This document shows, piece after piece, positions 25,325 through 36,421 of a DNA stretch of 36,421 bases. The stretch is from Chiloscyllium plagiosum (lineage: Eukaryota), in contig NW_025215041.1 in assembly GCF_004010195.1 (NCBI RefSeq), positions 17,302 to 53,722 of the forward strand. Reading direction: 5' to 3'. Within the stretch, counting starts at the first letter, position 1, and every line of letters starts with the position of its first letter. Made by a program: the position numbers and the translations under genes. The notes below the pieces were generated by a model, which saw only the letters and a list, made by a program, of their open reading frames with translations, was not told where the DNA came from and did no database searches.

Positions 25325-25922
25325 GCTTTGCCCAGGCGGGGCGCGGTATGAGTGTATGCGCGCGAGTGTAAAGGGATATACGCGTACGTCTGTGAGAAGG
25401 TGCATGCATGAGTGAGGGACAGTATGTGTGAGCGGATGAGAGAGGGTCTCCGTGAGTGCCTGTGTGTGTAGGAGTGTCTGTGTGTACTGCACTCAAAAGC
25501 TGTATGAATCCACGTAAGAATCTGTAAATCAATTTTCTTTAGATTATAATCAGTCTGACCATTGTAGCACAGATAGTCTCACACAGGGCGGCTTACACCT
25601 TAAAGGCATTATCAGTTGTGCAATTTCACTTGAGAATGTAACATCTAGATGTTCTGCGATTTACATTTTGCAAAAACTGAAATCAACATGGTCAATCTAA
25701 AAGATTAGAGATTAAGAAACAATGGAGGTTTTTTTTGAATATATGGTTTCAGATAAATCACACTGTAAACTTTTGCGAAAACTTCTGTCTTACAATCTTT
25801 TGTTCTACGTGATGAAAGCTCCCAAAGCTAGTGTATACAAATAAATCTGTTGGGCTGTCAGTTGGTGTTGCGTGATTTTTAACTTTGTACACCCCTATCC
25901 AACATCAGCATGTCCAAACCAC
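25325..25922 (+). mobile_element. Penelope-like element 3' non-coding region with GT-rich simple repeat
   Basis: GT-rich degenerate repeat; decayed hammerhead-like GTGATGAAAGCTCCCAAAGCTA (about 25809); AATAAATCTGTTGG...GATTTTTAACTTTGTACACCCC terminus recalled from shark repeats. Confidence 0.55.
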
Positions 25923-26034
25923 AAGGCGATAGTGATTGACTGATCTAAGGTACAAAGTTCAAGCTTCTCCACATTAAAAGTAAAACAAATCCGACAGAGA
26001 TGACGCTGTAGTTCCTTTCACGGATGCTGTGAGC

Positions 26035-26050
26035 GGGTCTGAAAAGAGCC
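26035..26050 (-). terminator. Histone 3' stem-loop (H2A), one stem mismatch
   Basis: Minus strand CCCAAA-GGCTCTTTTCAGACCC; G>C change gives a C-C mismatch in the stem. Confidence 0.85.
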
Positions 26051-26080
26051 TTTGGGTTGTCAAATTCAAGAACACTATCT

Positions 26081-26373
26081 TCACTTTTTAGTAGATCCAG
26101 CAGCAGCGGATTTCTTGGGCAGCAGTACGGCCTGGATATTAGGCAGCACCCCGCCCTGAGCGATGGTCACCCCTCCCAGCAGCTTGTTGAGCTCCTCGTC
26201 GTTGCGCACGGCCAGTTGCAGGTTTTCAGCCGTCAGATGCTCCAGCACCGCAGCCAGATAGACCGGCGTTCTGGCACCCACACGCTCAGCATAGTTACCC
26301 TTTCTCAGGAGCCTGTGAACACGGCCCACCGGGAACTGCAGGCCAGCCCGGGACGACCGAGACTTCGCCTTAG
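26081..26373 (-). pseudogene. H2A: Histone H2A pseudogene
   Basis: [32 protein letters not shown]...[46 protein letters not shown]; no ATG or first ~12 codons; [21 protein letters not shown] replaced by N. Confidence 0.95.
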
Positions 26374-26548
26374 TTTACAAATGTGTACTTCATACGGTCT
26401 TACTCTCCCCTCATTTGGCGATCTGTATCTGACCATTTCTGATCTTGAGAGTGGGTTATTTTCTAAACCTTGAGGAAGAAGCTGAAGCAAAACAGGCCAA
26501 ACACTGCAGTCTGCAACCTGTCTTTTCAGATTTCAATACCAATATGGT

Positions 26549-26720
26549 GGGCGGCACGGTGTCACAGCAGTTAGCACTGCTGCCTCACAGCGCCAGAGGC
26601 CCAGGTTCAATTCCCGCCTCAGGCGACTGTGTGGAGTTTGCACGTTCTCTCCGTGTCTGCGTGGGTTTCCTCCGGGTGCTCCGGTTTCCTCCCACAGTCC
26701 AAAGATGTGCAGGTCAGGTG
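26549..26720 (+). mobile_element. V-SINE (HE1-like), 5' half
   Basis: GGCGGCACGGTG head, B box GGTTCAATTCC, V-core. Confidence 0.9.
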
Positions 26721-27044
26721 ATGGAGGAAAAGCTGGTTCCTGATTGGGTACTTTATACGGAGTCATTCCCAAACATTGAGTCTCTCTGATTGGTTAACGT
26801 GACATCCAATGTGGATCTGTCAGAATCTACAACGAAATGTGAAGTGGATGGTGATTCTCTAACTGTCAGTTTAACTGAAGGAGATTTGTTTTTTGTCTGT
26901 GATACAGAAAGTGACTGTGGTATTGGCTCGGTTTCCTTTTGCTCGTTGTTGTGATGATGTGGGAGTGGAAGGGTGTGTTTCCAGTTCCGCATGTCTGTTT
27001 ATGGTCCTCTCTCTGCGCTGGAAATAACACTGAGCCTACCGCTG

Positions 27045-27643
27045 TTCTCAGTGGTTAGCACTGCTGCCTCACCGCGCCAGGGATCCTTCGATTCCAGTTT
27101 CGGGCGACTGTGTGTGTGTGAATTTTGCATATTCTCCCCGTGTTCGCCAAGGCGCGGTGGGGAAAGACCACTGTGTAACATCTGCCTGCCTAACGAAGAA
27201 CAGGGGCCCATGCAGTCATTTGGGCTCTGCTGACGCCTCAGCTAATTACATGGGCATATGATTGAAAAAATGTACAGACCTGTATAAAAATGATAAATTC
27301 TGATCTCTGTATGTACGTTTACATATGTATGGCATGACCAACTGTACAGACCATCAAATTATTTTATGAAGAAAGTATATTTTTGAAATAAAAAAAAATA
27401 TTCTCCCCGTGTCCGAGTGGATTTCCGCCGGGTGCTCAGTTTTTTCTCTCAAAATTCAAAGACGTGCAGGGAGGTGAATTGGCCATGCTAACTGCCCATA
27501 ATGTTCCGGGATGTGTGGGTTAGGTGCATCAATCAGGGGTAAATGCAGAATAATGGGGAATGGGTCTGGATGGATTAATCTTCGGAGGGTCGATGTGGAT
27601 TTGTTGGGCCGAAGTGCCTAATTTTACACTGTAGGGATTCTAA
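27045..27643 (+). mobile_element. V-SINE interrupted by a LINE 3' end
   Basis: SINE head and core 27045-27143, resuming at 27398-27643. Confidence 0.88.
27144..27397 (+). mobile_element. 5'-truncated L1/Tx1-group non-LTR retrotransposon 3' end
   Basis: 15-bp TSD ATATTCTCCCCGTGT (27129-27143, 27398-27412); terminal AATAAA plus A-run; starts with ORF end AKARWGKTTV*, recalled as Tx1-like. Confidence 0.8.
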
Positions 27644-28349
27644 GAATATGAGTGTTTTCTAGGTTTGGGGTTGATGGAACTCGTTCTCAACTGCACGGAG
27701 TTGGAGAGAGATGAAAGAAAGTCCCTATTTAAAATTTTTTCTTGAGTCACGGGTTGAAAATCTGTTTTGACTGTGTGATTAATATATTTCTGAGAACTTG
27801 ATTGCTAAATGTGGGCCCAGAGACCGATCTGTAACTGTTTGCTTTGCAAGTAACTACAGTATATCAGAACTACGTTGCTGCACTTTTTATTTCGGAGTAT
27901 TGAACTTTACGCAGGGACTGAGAGCATTTCTCAGTCTCATACAAATGCCTGTTATCCAGCAACCATTAGCATGTTATATATGTGTCACTTTAACTTTGTA
28001 TCTATCGAGTCCTTATTTAGACATTTGGCATGAAGACAACACCTGTCCATTGAGGCTCTGGTCCTCTGTGTAACAGTCAATTAGTGTTACTTCAAGACAG
28101 GTTTTATTCTGTATCCATCAAACACTGATGTAAGCAGTAAACCTTTACACTATTTGCCAGCCACTTGGAAATATTCCTCCAATCTGTGCTTATCCACTTC
28201 TGGGAGGTAAAGCATTCCTCTATTTCACAGTCTTTACATGTCAGTCTGTTACGGGACTGTAACTCAAACCTTCTGAAGTGTAACCTATTGTTTTTATTTT
28301 TTTTCTTAACCTATTGTTTTTACTCTGTAGGTGTCAGTCATTAACATAA

Positions 28350-28650
28350 GGCACAGTGGTTAGCACTGGTGCCTCACAGCGCCAGAGACCTGGGTTCAAT
28401 TCCCACCTCAGGCGATTGACTGTGTGGAGTTTGCACATTCTCCCAGTGTCTGCGTGGGTTTCCTCCGGGTGCTCCGGTTTCCTCCCACAGTCCAAAGATG
28501 TGCAGGTCAGGTGAATTGGCCATGCTAAATTGCCTGTAGTGTTAGGTAAGGGGTAAATGTAGGGGTATGGGTGGTTTGCGCTTCGGCGGGTCGGTGTGGA
28601 ATTGTTGGGCCGAAGGGCTGTTCCCACACTGTAAAGTAATCTAATCTAAT
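28350..28650 (+). mobile_element. V-SINE (HE1-like), near full length, young
   Basis: A and B boxes, intact V-core, CR1-like tail ending (AATCT)n. Confidence 0.93.
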
Positions 28651-29627
28651 AAGAAAGGGTCTCATTTAGTATTGACAATTTTGAGTGTGACCAAACACCA
28701 CTTTGGACAATTTCTGGTAGGACTCCCTCCCCCCCACACCCATATCCTTTGAATATCAGCATCTGTGCATTGACAGAAAGTTTGTATTTATAACTGCAGC
28801 ATTTGGTAAGGGACAATATATTGTACATTGCAGAAACTGGCAATAACAATGTTACTGCTGATGTTACACTGTTCATGTTTCTCACCAGTGGATAGCTGCA
28901 TTGTATCCTAACAATTCATTGTTTTGCAGCTGACTTTGTATTTCATTCTGTAACTGCCAGTTTGTTGTTTCTAATCTTATTTTCACTCAGTTTCTGTCAA
29001 TATACTGGCATGTGAGAGAGCAAATATTTCAACATTTCTAACTTTCAGATGAAATGAATGTTTTTTTTTTACTCCATCCCTGTTATGTCACAGTGACTTG
29101 TAATTGAATCTGTCAGTATGATCTGTGAGCACACAGTAGTTAGAGATAAAATGAAAGGTGAATGATGCCTCACATTTCTGTCATGCAATTGCAGGGTATA
29201 TACACCACAGTTATTAATTTCTTTCAGACGTGTGTCAGTTTAAATATCTCAAAGCAGAAGACAACAAGAAAAATGAGAAGTCAGCAACATTTTTATCTGT
29301 CTGTGTGTACTCAGCTCTGAGAATGTTATCAAAACGTACCTGTCAGTTTTTTTTACGAATATAAGAACTTTGTTTTAAATCTTACACCTGTCAGTTTCTC
29401 CAATGTGAATGTTTGAGTGCAAGTTTCAATCTGTACCTGACAGTTTCAACTAAAAGAATGGATGAGTGAATTTGTACCTTCCAGTGTGTGCTCTGTGAAT
29501 AAGTGAGTGTACTTAAAATATTTGGCTCTGTTTAAGATGACATTTCCTAGAAATTGCAGGAGCTCTTTTTACTTCAAGTCTCTGTTGTTCAACATGAATA
29601 AGATTTTATCTATTGCCATCCCTGTCA

Positions 29628-30650
29628 GGCTAGCATGGTGGCACACTGGTGCCAGGGACCCAGTTTCAATTCCAGCCTTGGCTCATTGTGCAAACTTCAC
29701 ACAGACATGTTCCCCATGTCTGCATTGGTTTTGTTATGGCACGGGGTAGACCCCTTTGCTCATTTAAATCCAGCAACACAGAAAAGATTTATCCCATGCA
29801 GTAATCTGTGAAAGTATGATCGGCCACGAACTAGTTAAAGTAAAGATTAACACTTTATTTATTAAAGTATAACAGACAGTGATAACTAACACTATTTACA
29901 ACTCCTTCCTCTAACCTATCTTCTATAATACTAGTCCAATAGAACTCCTGATTAAGATTTACAAACAAAGCTTCTTATCTCAAAACCAGGCAGCTTTCGG
30001 TTCCTTTCTGTATTCCTGTCGTCTTTTGTTCTTCTTGGGCATTGTGCTTTACTAGTTACTGATCAATAACGGTGCTTTCAAGAGAACTATTTTTCAGGCA
30101 GTCTTCTTATCTGCTGGGGGCTTGGCAATTCTCCTCCCAATTGTTCAATTTTCCTCTGGAGCATCAGATTGTGTCATTGGTTTTTAAGAATGTCAATACA
30201 CTCAGTATCAACTGGTTTGGAATTTGGTATCTTCAGGATATAATTTAAACCGATTGATTGAATTCGAATTGGTTTTTATCTCCAGGCAAACAGCTACTAG
30301 AGTTGTTCAACCAAATGTTACCTTTCTTTTCGGAACACTTGGTGCTGTCCAGTAGTTCTACTGGCTGATAACTTTATTAAAGGTACAGTACACTCACATC
30401 TTCATAACAGTTTTGGCTGGGTGCTCTAGTTTCCTTCCACAGTCCAAACATGTGCAGCTTAGCTGGATTAGCCATGGTAAATTGTCCTGGAAAAATTCAT
30501 CAATGTGCAGCCTAGGTGGGTTAACTACGGTAAAGGTGTGGTTATGGGGGTCAGGTAGGGCCTATATTTGGGTGGGATGTGCTTTGGCAAGTTGTTCAGG
30601 CCGATTCTGGTTCTTTTCTGTGACCTCTACCTGTACTGGAGAAATTCTAT
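29628..30650 (+). mobile_element. Decayed V-SINE split by a solo LTR
   Basis: SINE 5' part 29628-29731; core resumes at GGGTGCTCTAGTTTCCTTCCACAGTCCAAA after 30413. Confidence 0.7.
29732..30409 (-). mobile_element. Solo LTR, 678 bp
   Basis: TGTTATG...CATAACA 7-bp inverted termini; 4-bp TSD GTTT (29728-29731, 30410-30413); strand tentative, from AATAAA on the minus strand near 29855. Confidence 0.85.
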
Positions 30651-31059
30651 GTACTGTAAATGAAAGTGAGACTTTTTACACTGTTGTCAGTCTCTGACAC
30701 TGTAAAACAGTTTGGATAATTTCCACAACTTTCATTCTCTGGAACAGTTTATTATTGTATGCTATTTTCTGGATTGGTCAGTCTCTGGTCTGATTGTATA
30801 CTTTGAATTCATTGTTCACATGTTTATAACAAGACCAGTATGAGAGTTTCTTATTCAGCATCCAATAATCTCTGGGTATTGATTTAAATGTGTACCATTT
30901 CATGTTACTGTTTAACTCTACCTTCCAGTTTATCAGCCAGTTTGTGTTAACAGACATGGGCCACTCTATTCTGGCCAGGTACAGGCCGCCGCTACAGCCT
31001 TTGACAAAGTCCCATATAAAAGACTGGTGCAAACTCAGCTCTTGGAGTCTCAAGCAAAC

Positions 31060-32145
31060 TGGAGCTGAAATGAGATGCAGACAGGATGCAAACTATAATG
31101 ATGGAAGGTTGTGTTTGTGACTGGAAGCCTGTGACCAGTAGTGTACCACAGGGATCAGTGCTGGGACCCTTACTGTTTGTTAAGTACATATTAATAATTG
31201 GATGTGAATGTAGAATGTATCATTAGTAAGCCTGTAGATGGTTTTTTTGTGTGGAAGTTTAAATGTTTCAGTGCAGTCTTGGAGTGCAAAGGACCTGTTT
31301 CTGTGCTATATTGTTCTTTGTTCTGTGAAACCGTGTTGTTGATAGTGAGGGGGATGGTTTCAGGCTACAGTATGAGTACATTGGGCAGAGCAATGACAGA
31401 TGGAATTTAATCCTGATAAATGTGCATTTTGGAAGGTCTAGTAAGGGAAAGAATTACACAATGAAGGATTGGTCCCGAGGGAGTACTGAGGAACAAAGGG
31501 ACCTTGGTGTACAAGTCTATAGATTGCAGACAGGCTGCTGAAGAAGGCATACAAAATGCTTTCCTTCAGTACCAGAGCTGTTGAATATAAGAGCAAAGAA
31601 GTCTTATTACAACTTTATAAAACAGATCAAATACAGCATGCAGTTCTAACTGCCACACAGTTAGAAGGATGAGATTGGCTGGAGAGGATGCAGTGGGTTG
31701 GAAAGTCTCCGTCAAAGGGGAGACTGTATGAGCTGGGTTTGGTTTCCTTGGAGCAGAGGAGGTTGAGGGAGGATCTGACTGAGATATACTAAATTGTGAA
31801 AGATACAGACAGAGTAGATTGTCTGAATCTTTCTCCCCTTGGCAGATACGTCTAAGAACAGAAAATAAAAGTTGAAGGTGCAGGGAAAGCATTTTAGAGG
31901 ATATCTGAGAAAAATATTTTGACCTAGATGGTGCGTAAAGTTTGTAATATGCTGCCTGAGTGTGTGGTGGAATACTCTCACAGCATTTCAGCAACATTTG
32001 GATATGCTCTTAAGAAGCCAGGGTATAGTCGGCTATGGGCCAAGTGCAGGTAAATGGGATGAATGCAGTTTGGTGTATGTTGGACATCATGGACATAATG
32101 GGTTAAAGGGCCTGTTTCTCTGTTGTATGACTCTGTATCTCTATA
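31060..32145 (+). mobile_element. Decayed CR1 LINE 3' part
   Basis: GTACCACAGGGATCAGTGCTGGGACC (VPQGSVLGP), EEQRDLGVQV, CR1 3' UTR AAGGGCCTGTTTCTCTGTTGTATGACTCT. Confidence 0.88.
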
Positions 32146-32540
32146 ACATCCTTGTAAATCTTTTCTGCACCATCTCAAGTTTAACAACATCCTTCCTGTA
32201 GAAGGATGGTGAGAATTGTATACAATCTCCTGAAAGTGGCCTCGCTCGTGTCCTGCACAGCCACTAGATGACATCCCAACTCCTACACTCAATGTTCTGA
32301 CCAATGAAGGCAAGCACGCCAAAGGCCTTCTTCACCACCCTGTCTATCTGAGACTCTACTTTCAAGGAAATATGCACCTGCACTGTGTGGTCTCTTTGTT
32401 CAGCAACACTCATGAAGGGGCCACCATTAAGTGTATAACTGTTGCCCTGGTTTGTCTTACTAAAAATCAAAGTCCTCCCATGTATCTAAACGAAACTACA
32501 CCTGTCACTTCTTGGCCCATTGATCCACCTGATCGAGGTC
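32146..32540 (-). mobile_element. CR1 RT-region fragment
   Basis: AEQRDHTVQVHISLKVESQIDRVVKKAFGVLAFIGQNIE on the minus strand. Confidence 0.88.
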
Positions 32541-32644
32541 ATAATTGGTTTTTTTTTTCAGTGCACAGTGATATAATTATTTGAAGACTGTTGAAGTAAA
32601 GGTAGGTGTTAATTAACCTGCGCTGTATTGTGATGGTACTCACC

Positions 32645-35600
32645 ATCATTGGGACACTTGTGTAGCTCTATGGAGGGGAGGAGGAAGGCAGAAGGACTTT
32701 GATTTTCTCTCATGCTGTGGAGGAAAGTTGGTGTGTTGCCTCCCAGGTGCCAGGGTTCCTGATGTCTCAGATCGTGTTTTCGAGACCCTTGGAGGGGGGG
32801 AAAGCTACCCAAGTCGTGGTCCACATAGGCACTAACAACATAGATAGGAAAAGGGATGTGGCTTCAGGGCAGAATGTGAGGGAGCTAGGGTGGAAGCTTG
32901 GAGCTAGAACAAACAGAGATGTTATTTCTGGTTTGTTGCCCGTGCCATGTGCTAGCGAGGCGAAGAATATGGAGAGAGAGGAGTTGAACATGTGACTAAA
33001 GAGATGGAGTGGGAGGGAGAGTTTTGGATACCTAGATAATTGGGGCTCACTCTGGGGTAGGTGGGACTTCTACAAACAATGTGGTCTACACCTGAAGCAG
33101 AGGGGTACCAATATCCTGGGGGACATTTGCTAATGCTCTTCAGGAGGGTTTAAATGAATTCAGTAGAGGGAATAGGAACCTAAATTGTAGTTCCCGTGTC
33201 CCGTGATTGAGCGTAGTGAGGTCAGAAATATGGTTTTAATGTCGCATGAGTGTACCGGCAAGCATGAAGGTGGTTTGAAGTGTGTCTACTTCAACGCAAG
33301 GAGCATCGGGAATAAGATGGGTGGACTTGCAGCATATGTTGGTACCTGGGACTTTGATGTTGTGGTCATTTCAAACACATGATCGAGCAGGAACAGGAAT
33401 GGTTGTCGTAGGTTACGGGATTTAGATGTTTCAGTATGAACAGAGAATATGGCAAAAAACGGGGAGGTGTGGCATTGTTAGTCAAGGACAGTGTTACAGT
33501 GGCAGAAAGGATGTATGAGGACATGTCTAATGAGGTAGTTTGGGCTGAGGTTAGAAACAGCAAAGGAGAGGTCACCCTGTTAGGAGTTTTCCATAGGCCT
33601 CCGATTAGTTCCAGAGATTTAGAGGAAAGGATTGTAAAGATGATTCTGGATAAGAGTAACAGAGCAGTTGTTATGGGAGACTAACTTTTCAAAATATTTA
33701 CTGCAAATACTTTGAATACTTCAGATGGGTCAATTTTTGTCCAATGTGTGCAGAAGGGTTTGCTGACACAGTATGTAGACAGGCCAACCAGGGGCGAGGC
33801 AACAATGGATTTGGTACTGGGTAATGAACCCAGCCAGCTGTTAGATTTGGAGGTGGGTGAGCAGTCTGGTGAGAGTGACCACAATTCGGTTATGTTTACT
33901 TTAGCGAAGGAAAGGGATAGGTAAATACTGCAGGGCAAGATTTATAACTGGGGGAAAAGGCAATTATGGTGTGATTAGGCAAGATTTATGACGCATAGGA
34001 TGGGAAAGGAAACCACAGGGGATGACACAATTGAAACGTGGAGCTTATTCAAGGAACAGCTACTGCATGTCCTTGATAAGCGTGTATCTGTCAGGCAGGG
34101 AGGAAGTGGATGATCAAGGGAGCTGTGGTTTACGAAGGAAGTTGATCTCTTGTCAAGAGGAAGGTGAAGGCTTATATTACGATGAGACGTGAAGGCGCAG
34201 CTAAGGTGCTTGAGAGTTACAAGCTAGCCAGAAAAGACCTAAAGAGAGAGAATTAAGAAGAGCCAGGAGGGGACAAGAGAAGCCTTTGACAGATAGGATC
34301 AAGGAAAACCCTTAAGCTTTCTATAGCTATATAGAATAGGAATAAAAGAATGACTAGAATAACTTCCAGGCCAATCAAGGACAGGAGTGGGAAGCGGTGT
34401 GTGCAGTCCGAGGAGATAGGAGAAGTGCTAAATGAATATTTTTCATTGTATTTTTCCAGTGTGAATACCAATGTTGTTGAGGAGAATACTGAGTTACGTG
34501 CTACTAGACTAGATTGGATATAGGTTCACAAGGAGGAGGTGTTAGCAATTCTGGGAAGTGTGAAAATAGATAATCCCCTGGGCCAGATGGGATTTATTCT
34601 AGGATTCTCTGGGAAGCCAGGAAGGAGATTGAAGGTCGTTTGGCTTTGATCTTTATGTTGTCATTGTCTACAGGAATAGTGCCAGAAGACTGGAAGATAG
34701 CAAATGTTTTCCCCTGGTTCAAGACGGGGAGTAGAGATCACCCTGGTAATTATAGATCAGAGAGCCTTACTTTGGTTGTGGGAAAAGTGTTGGAAAAGGC
34801 CAGAAGAGACAGGATTTATAATCATCTCGATAGAAATAAATTGATTAGGAATAGTCGATATAGTTTTGTGAAGAGTAGGTCGTGCCTCACAAACCTTATT
34901 GAGTTCTTTGAGAAGGTGACCAAACAGATGGAGGAGGGTAAAGCAGTTGATGCGATGTATATGGATTTCAGTAAAGTGTTTGATTAGGTGTTTTCTGTAA
35001 GGTTCCCCAACTGTAGGTTATTGCACAAAATATGGAGGCGTGGGATTGAGGGTGATTTAGCGGTTTGGTTCAGAAATTGGCTAGCTGAAAGAAGACGGAG
35101 GATGGTAGTTGATGGGAAATGTTCATCCTGTAGTTCAGTTACTAGTGGTGTACCACAAGGATTTGTTTTGGGCCCACTGATGACCTGGGTGAGGGCGCAC
35201 AAGGATGGGTTAGTAAATTTGTGGTTGACACTACAGTGGAGTTGTGGACAGTGTCGAAGGATGTTGCAAGTTACAGAGGGACACCGATCAGCTGCAGAGT
35301 TGGGCTGAGAGCTGGCAAATCGAGTTTAATGTGGAAAAGTGTGAGATGATTCACTTTGGAAGGAGCAATAGGAATAAAGAGTATTGAGCTAATGGTAAGG
35401 TTCTTGGCAGTGTAGATGAGCAGAGAGACGTCTGTGTAAATGTGCATAGATCCCTGAAAGTTGCCACCCAGGTTGATAGGGTTGTTAAGAAGGCATACGG
35501 TGGTGAGCTTTTATTGGTAGAGGGATTGAGTTTTGGAACCATGAGGTAATCCTGCAGCTCTACAAAACTCTGACGTGGCCACACTTCGAAAATTGCGCCC

Positions 35601-36000
35601 ACTGCTAGTCACCACATCACAGGAAGGATGTGGAAGCTTTGGAAAGGTTTAAGAGGCGATGTTGCCTGGTCTGGAGAGAATGTTTCATGAGGAAAGGCTG
35701 AGGAATTTGAGGCTTCATTAGAGTGAAGAAGGTTGAGAGGTAACTTAATATAGACAAATAAAATAATCAGAGGGTTAGATAGTGTGGGCAGTGAGAGCCT
35801 TATTCCTCCGATGGTGATGGCTGGCACGAGGGGACATCGCTTTAAATTGAGGGGTGATAAATATAAGACAAATGTCAGAGTAGTTTCTTTCCTCAGAGTA
35901 GTAGGGGCATGGAATGTTCTGCCTGCAACTATCGTAAACTTGCCAAATTTAAGGGCATTTAAATGGATTTTGGATAAACATATTGATGAAAATGCAATAG
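32645..36000 (+). mobile_element. Long CR1 LINE (ORF1 esterase part, endonuclease, RT); inactivated
   Basis: VVVHIGTNN; YFNARSI, GGGVALL-like GGVALLVK, VVMGD, SDHNSV; PGNYR, MDFSKVFD, VPQGFVLGP; many stops and frameshifts. Confidence 0.96.
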
Positions 36001-36009
36001 TTTTTGTTT

Positions 36010-36160
36010 AAACAGTTAGCTTTAGAGGAATGGCAGTGAAGGCAGTGCAATGTTCCTCCTGCAACATGTATGAGGTGAGGGATGCCATCGACGTCAAGGG
36101 CCTGTACTGCGCTGTATTCTTCTATGTTCTATGTTCTAATACTGCGCTGCATGTTCTATT
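36010..36160 (+). mobile_element. CR1 ORF1 start fused to a CR1 3' tail
   Basis: ATG at 36030: MAVKAVQCSSCNMYEVRDAIDV, joined to AAGGGCCTGTACTGCGCTGTA-(TTCTATG)n. Confidence 0.6.
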
Positions 36161-36249
36161 ATCTCACTAAACCTTTCCTACTCCGTTGTTTCAAAATACA
36201 ATTACATGATCGCATTGAGTATTTAAGAAAATGGTATTGAGTTTTCTTA

Positions 36250-36421
36250 GGTAAAAGAAATTACTGCAGATGCTGGAAACCAGATTCTGGATGAGTGGTG
36301 CTGGAAAAGCACAGCAGTTCAGGCAGCATCTGAGGAGCAGTAAAATTGACGTTTCGGGCAAAAGCCCTTCATCAGGAATACAGGCAGAGTGCCTGAAGGG
36401 TGGAGAGATAAATGAGAGGAG
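36250..36421 (-). mobile_element. Penelope-like element terminus, running off the window
   Basis: Closely similar to 24897-25026 but continues into different sequence instead of folding back. Confidence 0.8.
36342..36380 (-). ncRNA. Minimal hammerhead ribozyme core (Penelope-type)
   Basis: Minus strand CUGAUGA-A-GGGC UUUU GCCC-GAAACGUC. Confidence 0.7.

Noticed and set aside
24805..25351. Overlapping ORFs of 143-158 aa on both strands with shared peptide text
   Set aside because: An artefact of the inverted repeat.
29225..29495. CRISPR-like repeat-spacer appearance
   Set aside because: Repeats are short and degenerate, there are no cas genes, and the context is vertebrate.

Overview
Eukaryotic, repeat-dense genomic DNA, most likely from a shark or other elasmobranch (inferred from the V-SINE/HE1-like SINEs, esterase-ORF1 CR1 LINEs and Penelope-type fragments; not verified by search). 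There are two apparently intact host genes: a two-exon GPR139/GPR142-like class A GPCR (5598-6689, 318 aa; the ORF track misses exon 1) and a canonical replication-dependent histone H4 (22915-23226). H4 lies in a decaying histone cluster. H3 keeps its promoter and 3' stem-loop but has lost its ATG and codons 1-75, and H2A is 5'-truncated with a 60-nt in-frame deletion. The rest is layered mobile DNA: several CR1 LINEs (two of about 3.4-3.5 kb), V-SINEs, a class I endogenous retrovirus pol/env relic, a Gmr1-like Gypsy relic, a solo LTR, a Tx1/L1 3' end nested in a SINE, and Penelope-like pieces carrying minimal hammerhead ribozyme cores. One of these pieces is a young 214-bp foldback element with a target-site duplication (TSD). 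I cannot demonstrate a new biological system. The best leads are the hammerhead-bearing hairpin element, the tail-less H3 unit that could encode a 46-aa micro-histone, the short-N-terminus GPCR, and an unexplained duplicated ~530-bp non-coding segment. Family assignments come from motif recognition by eye, and TE boundaries are approximate unless a TSD is given.
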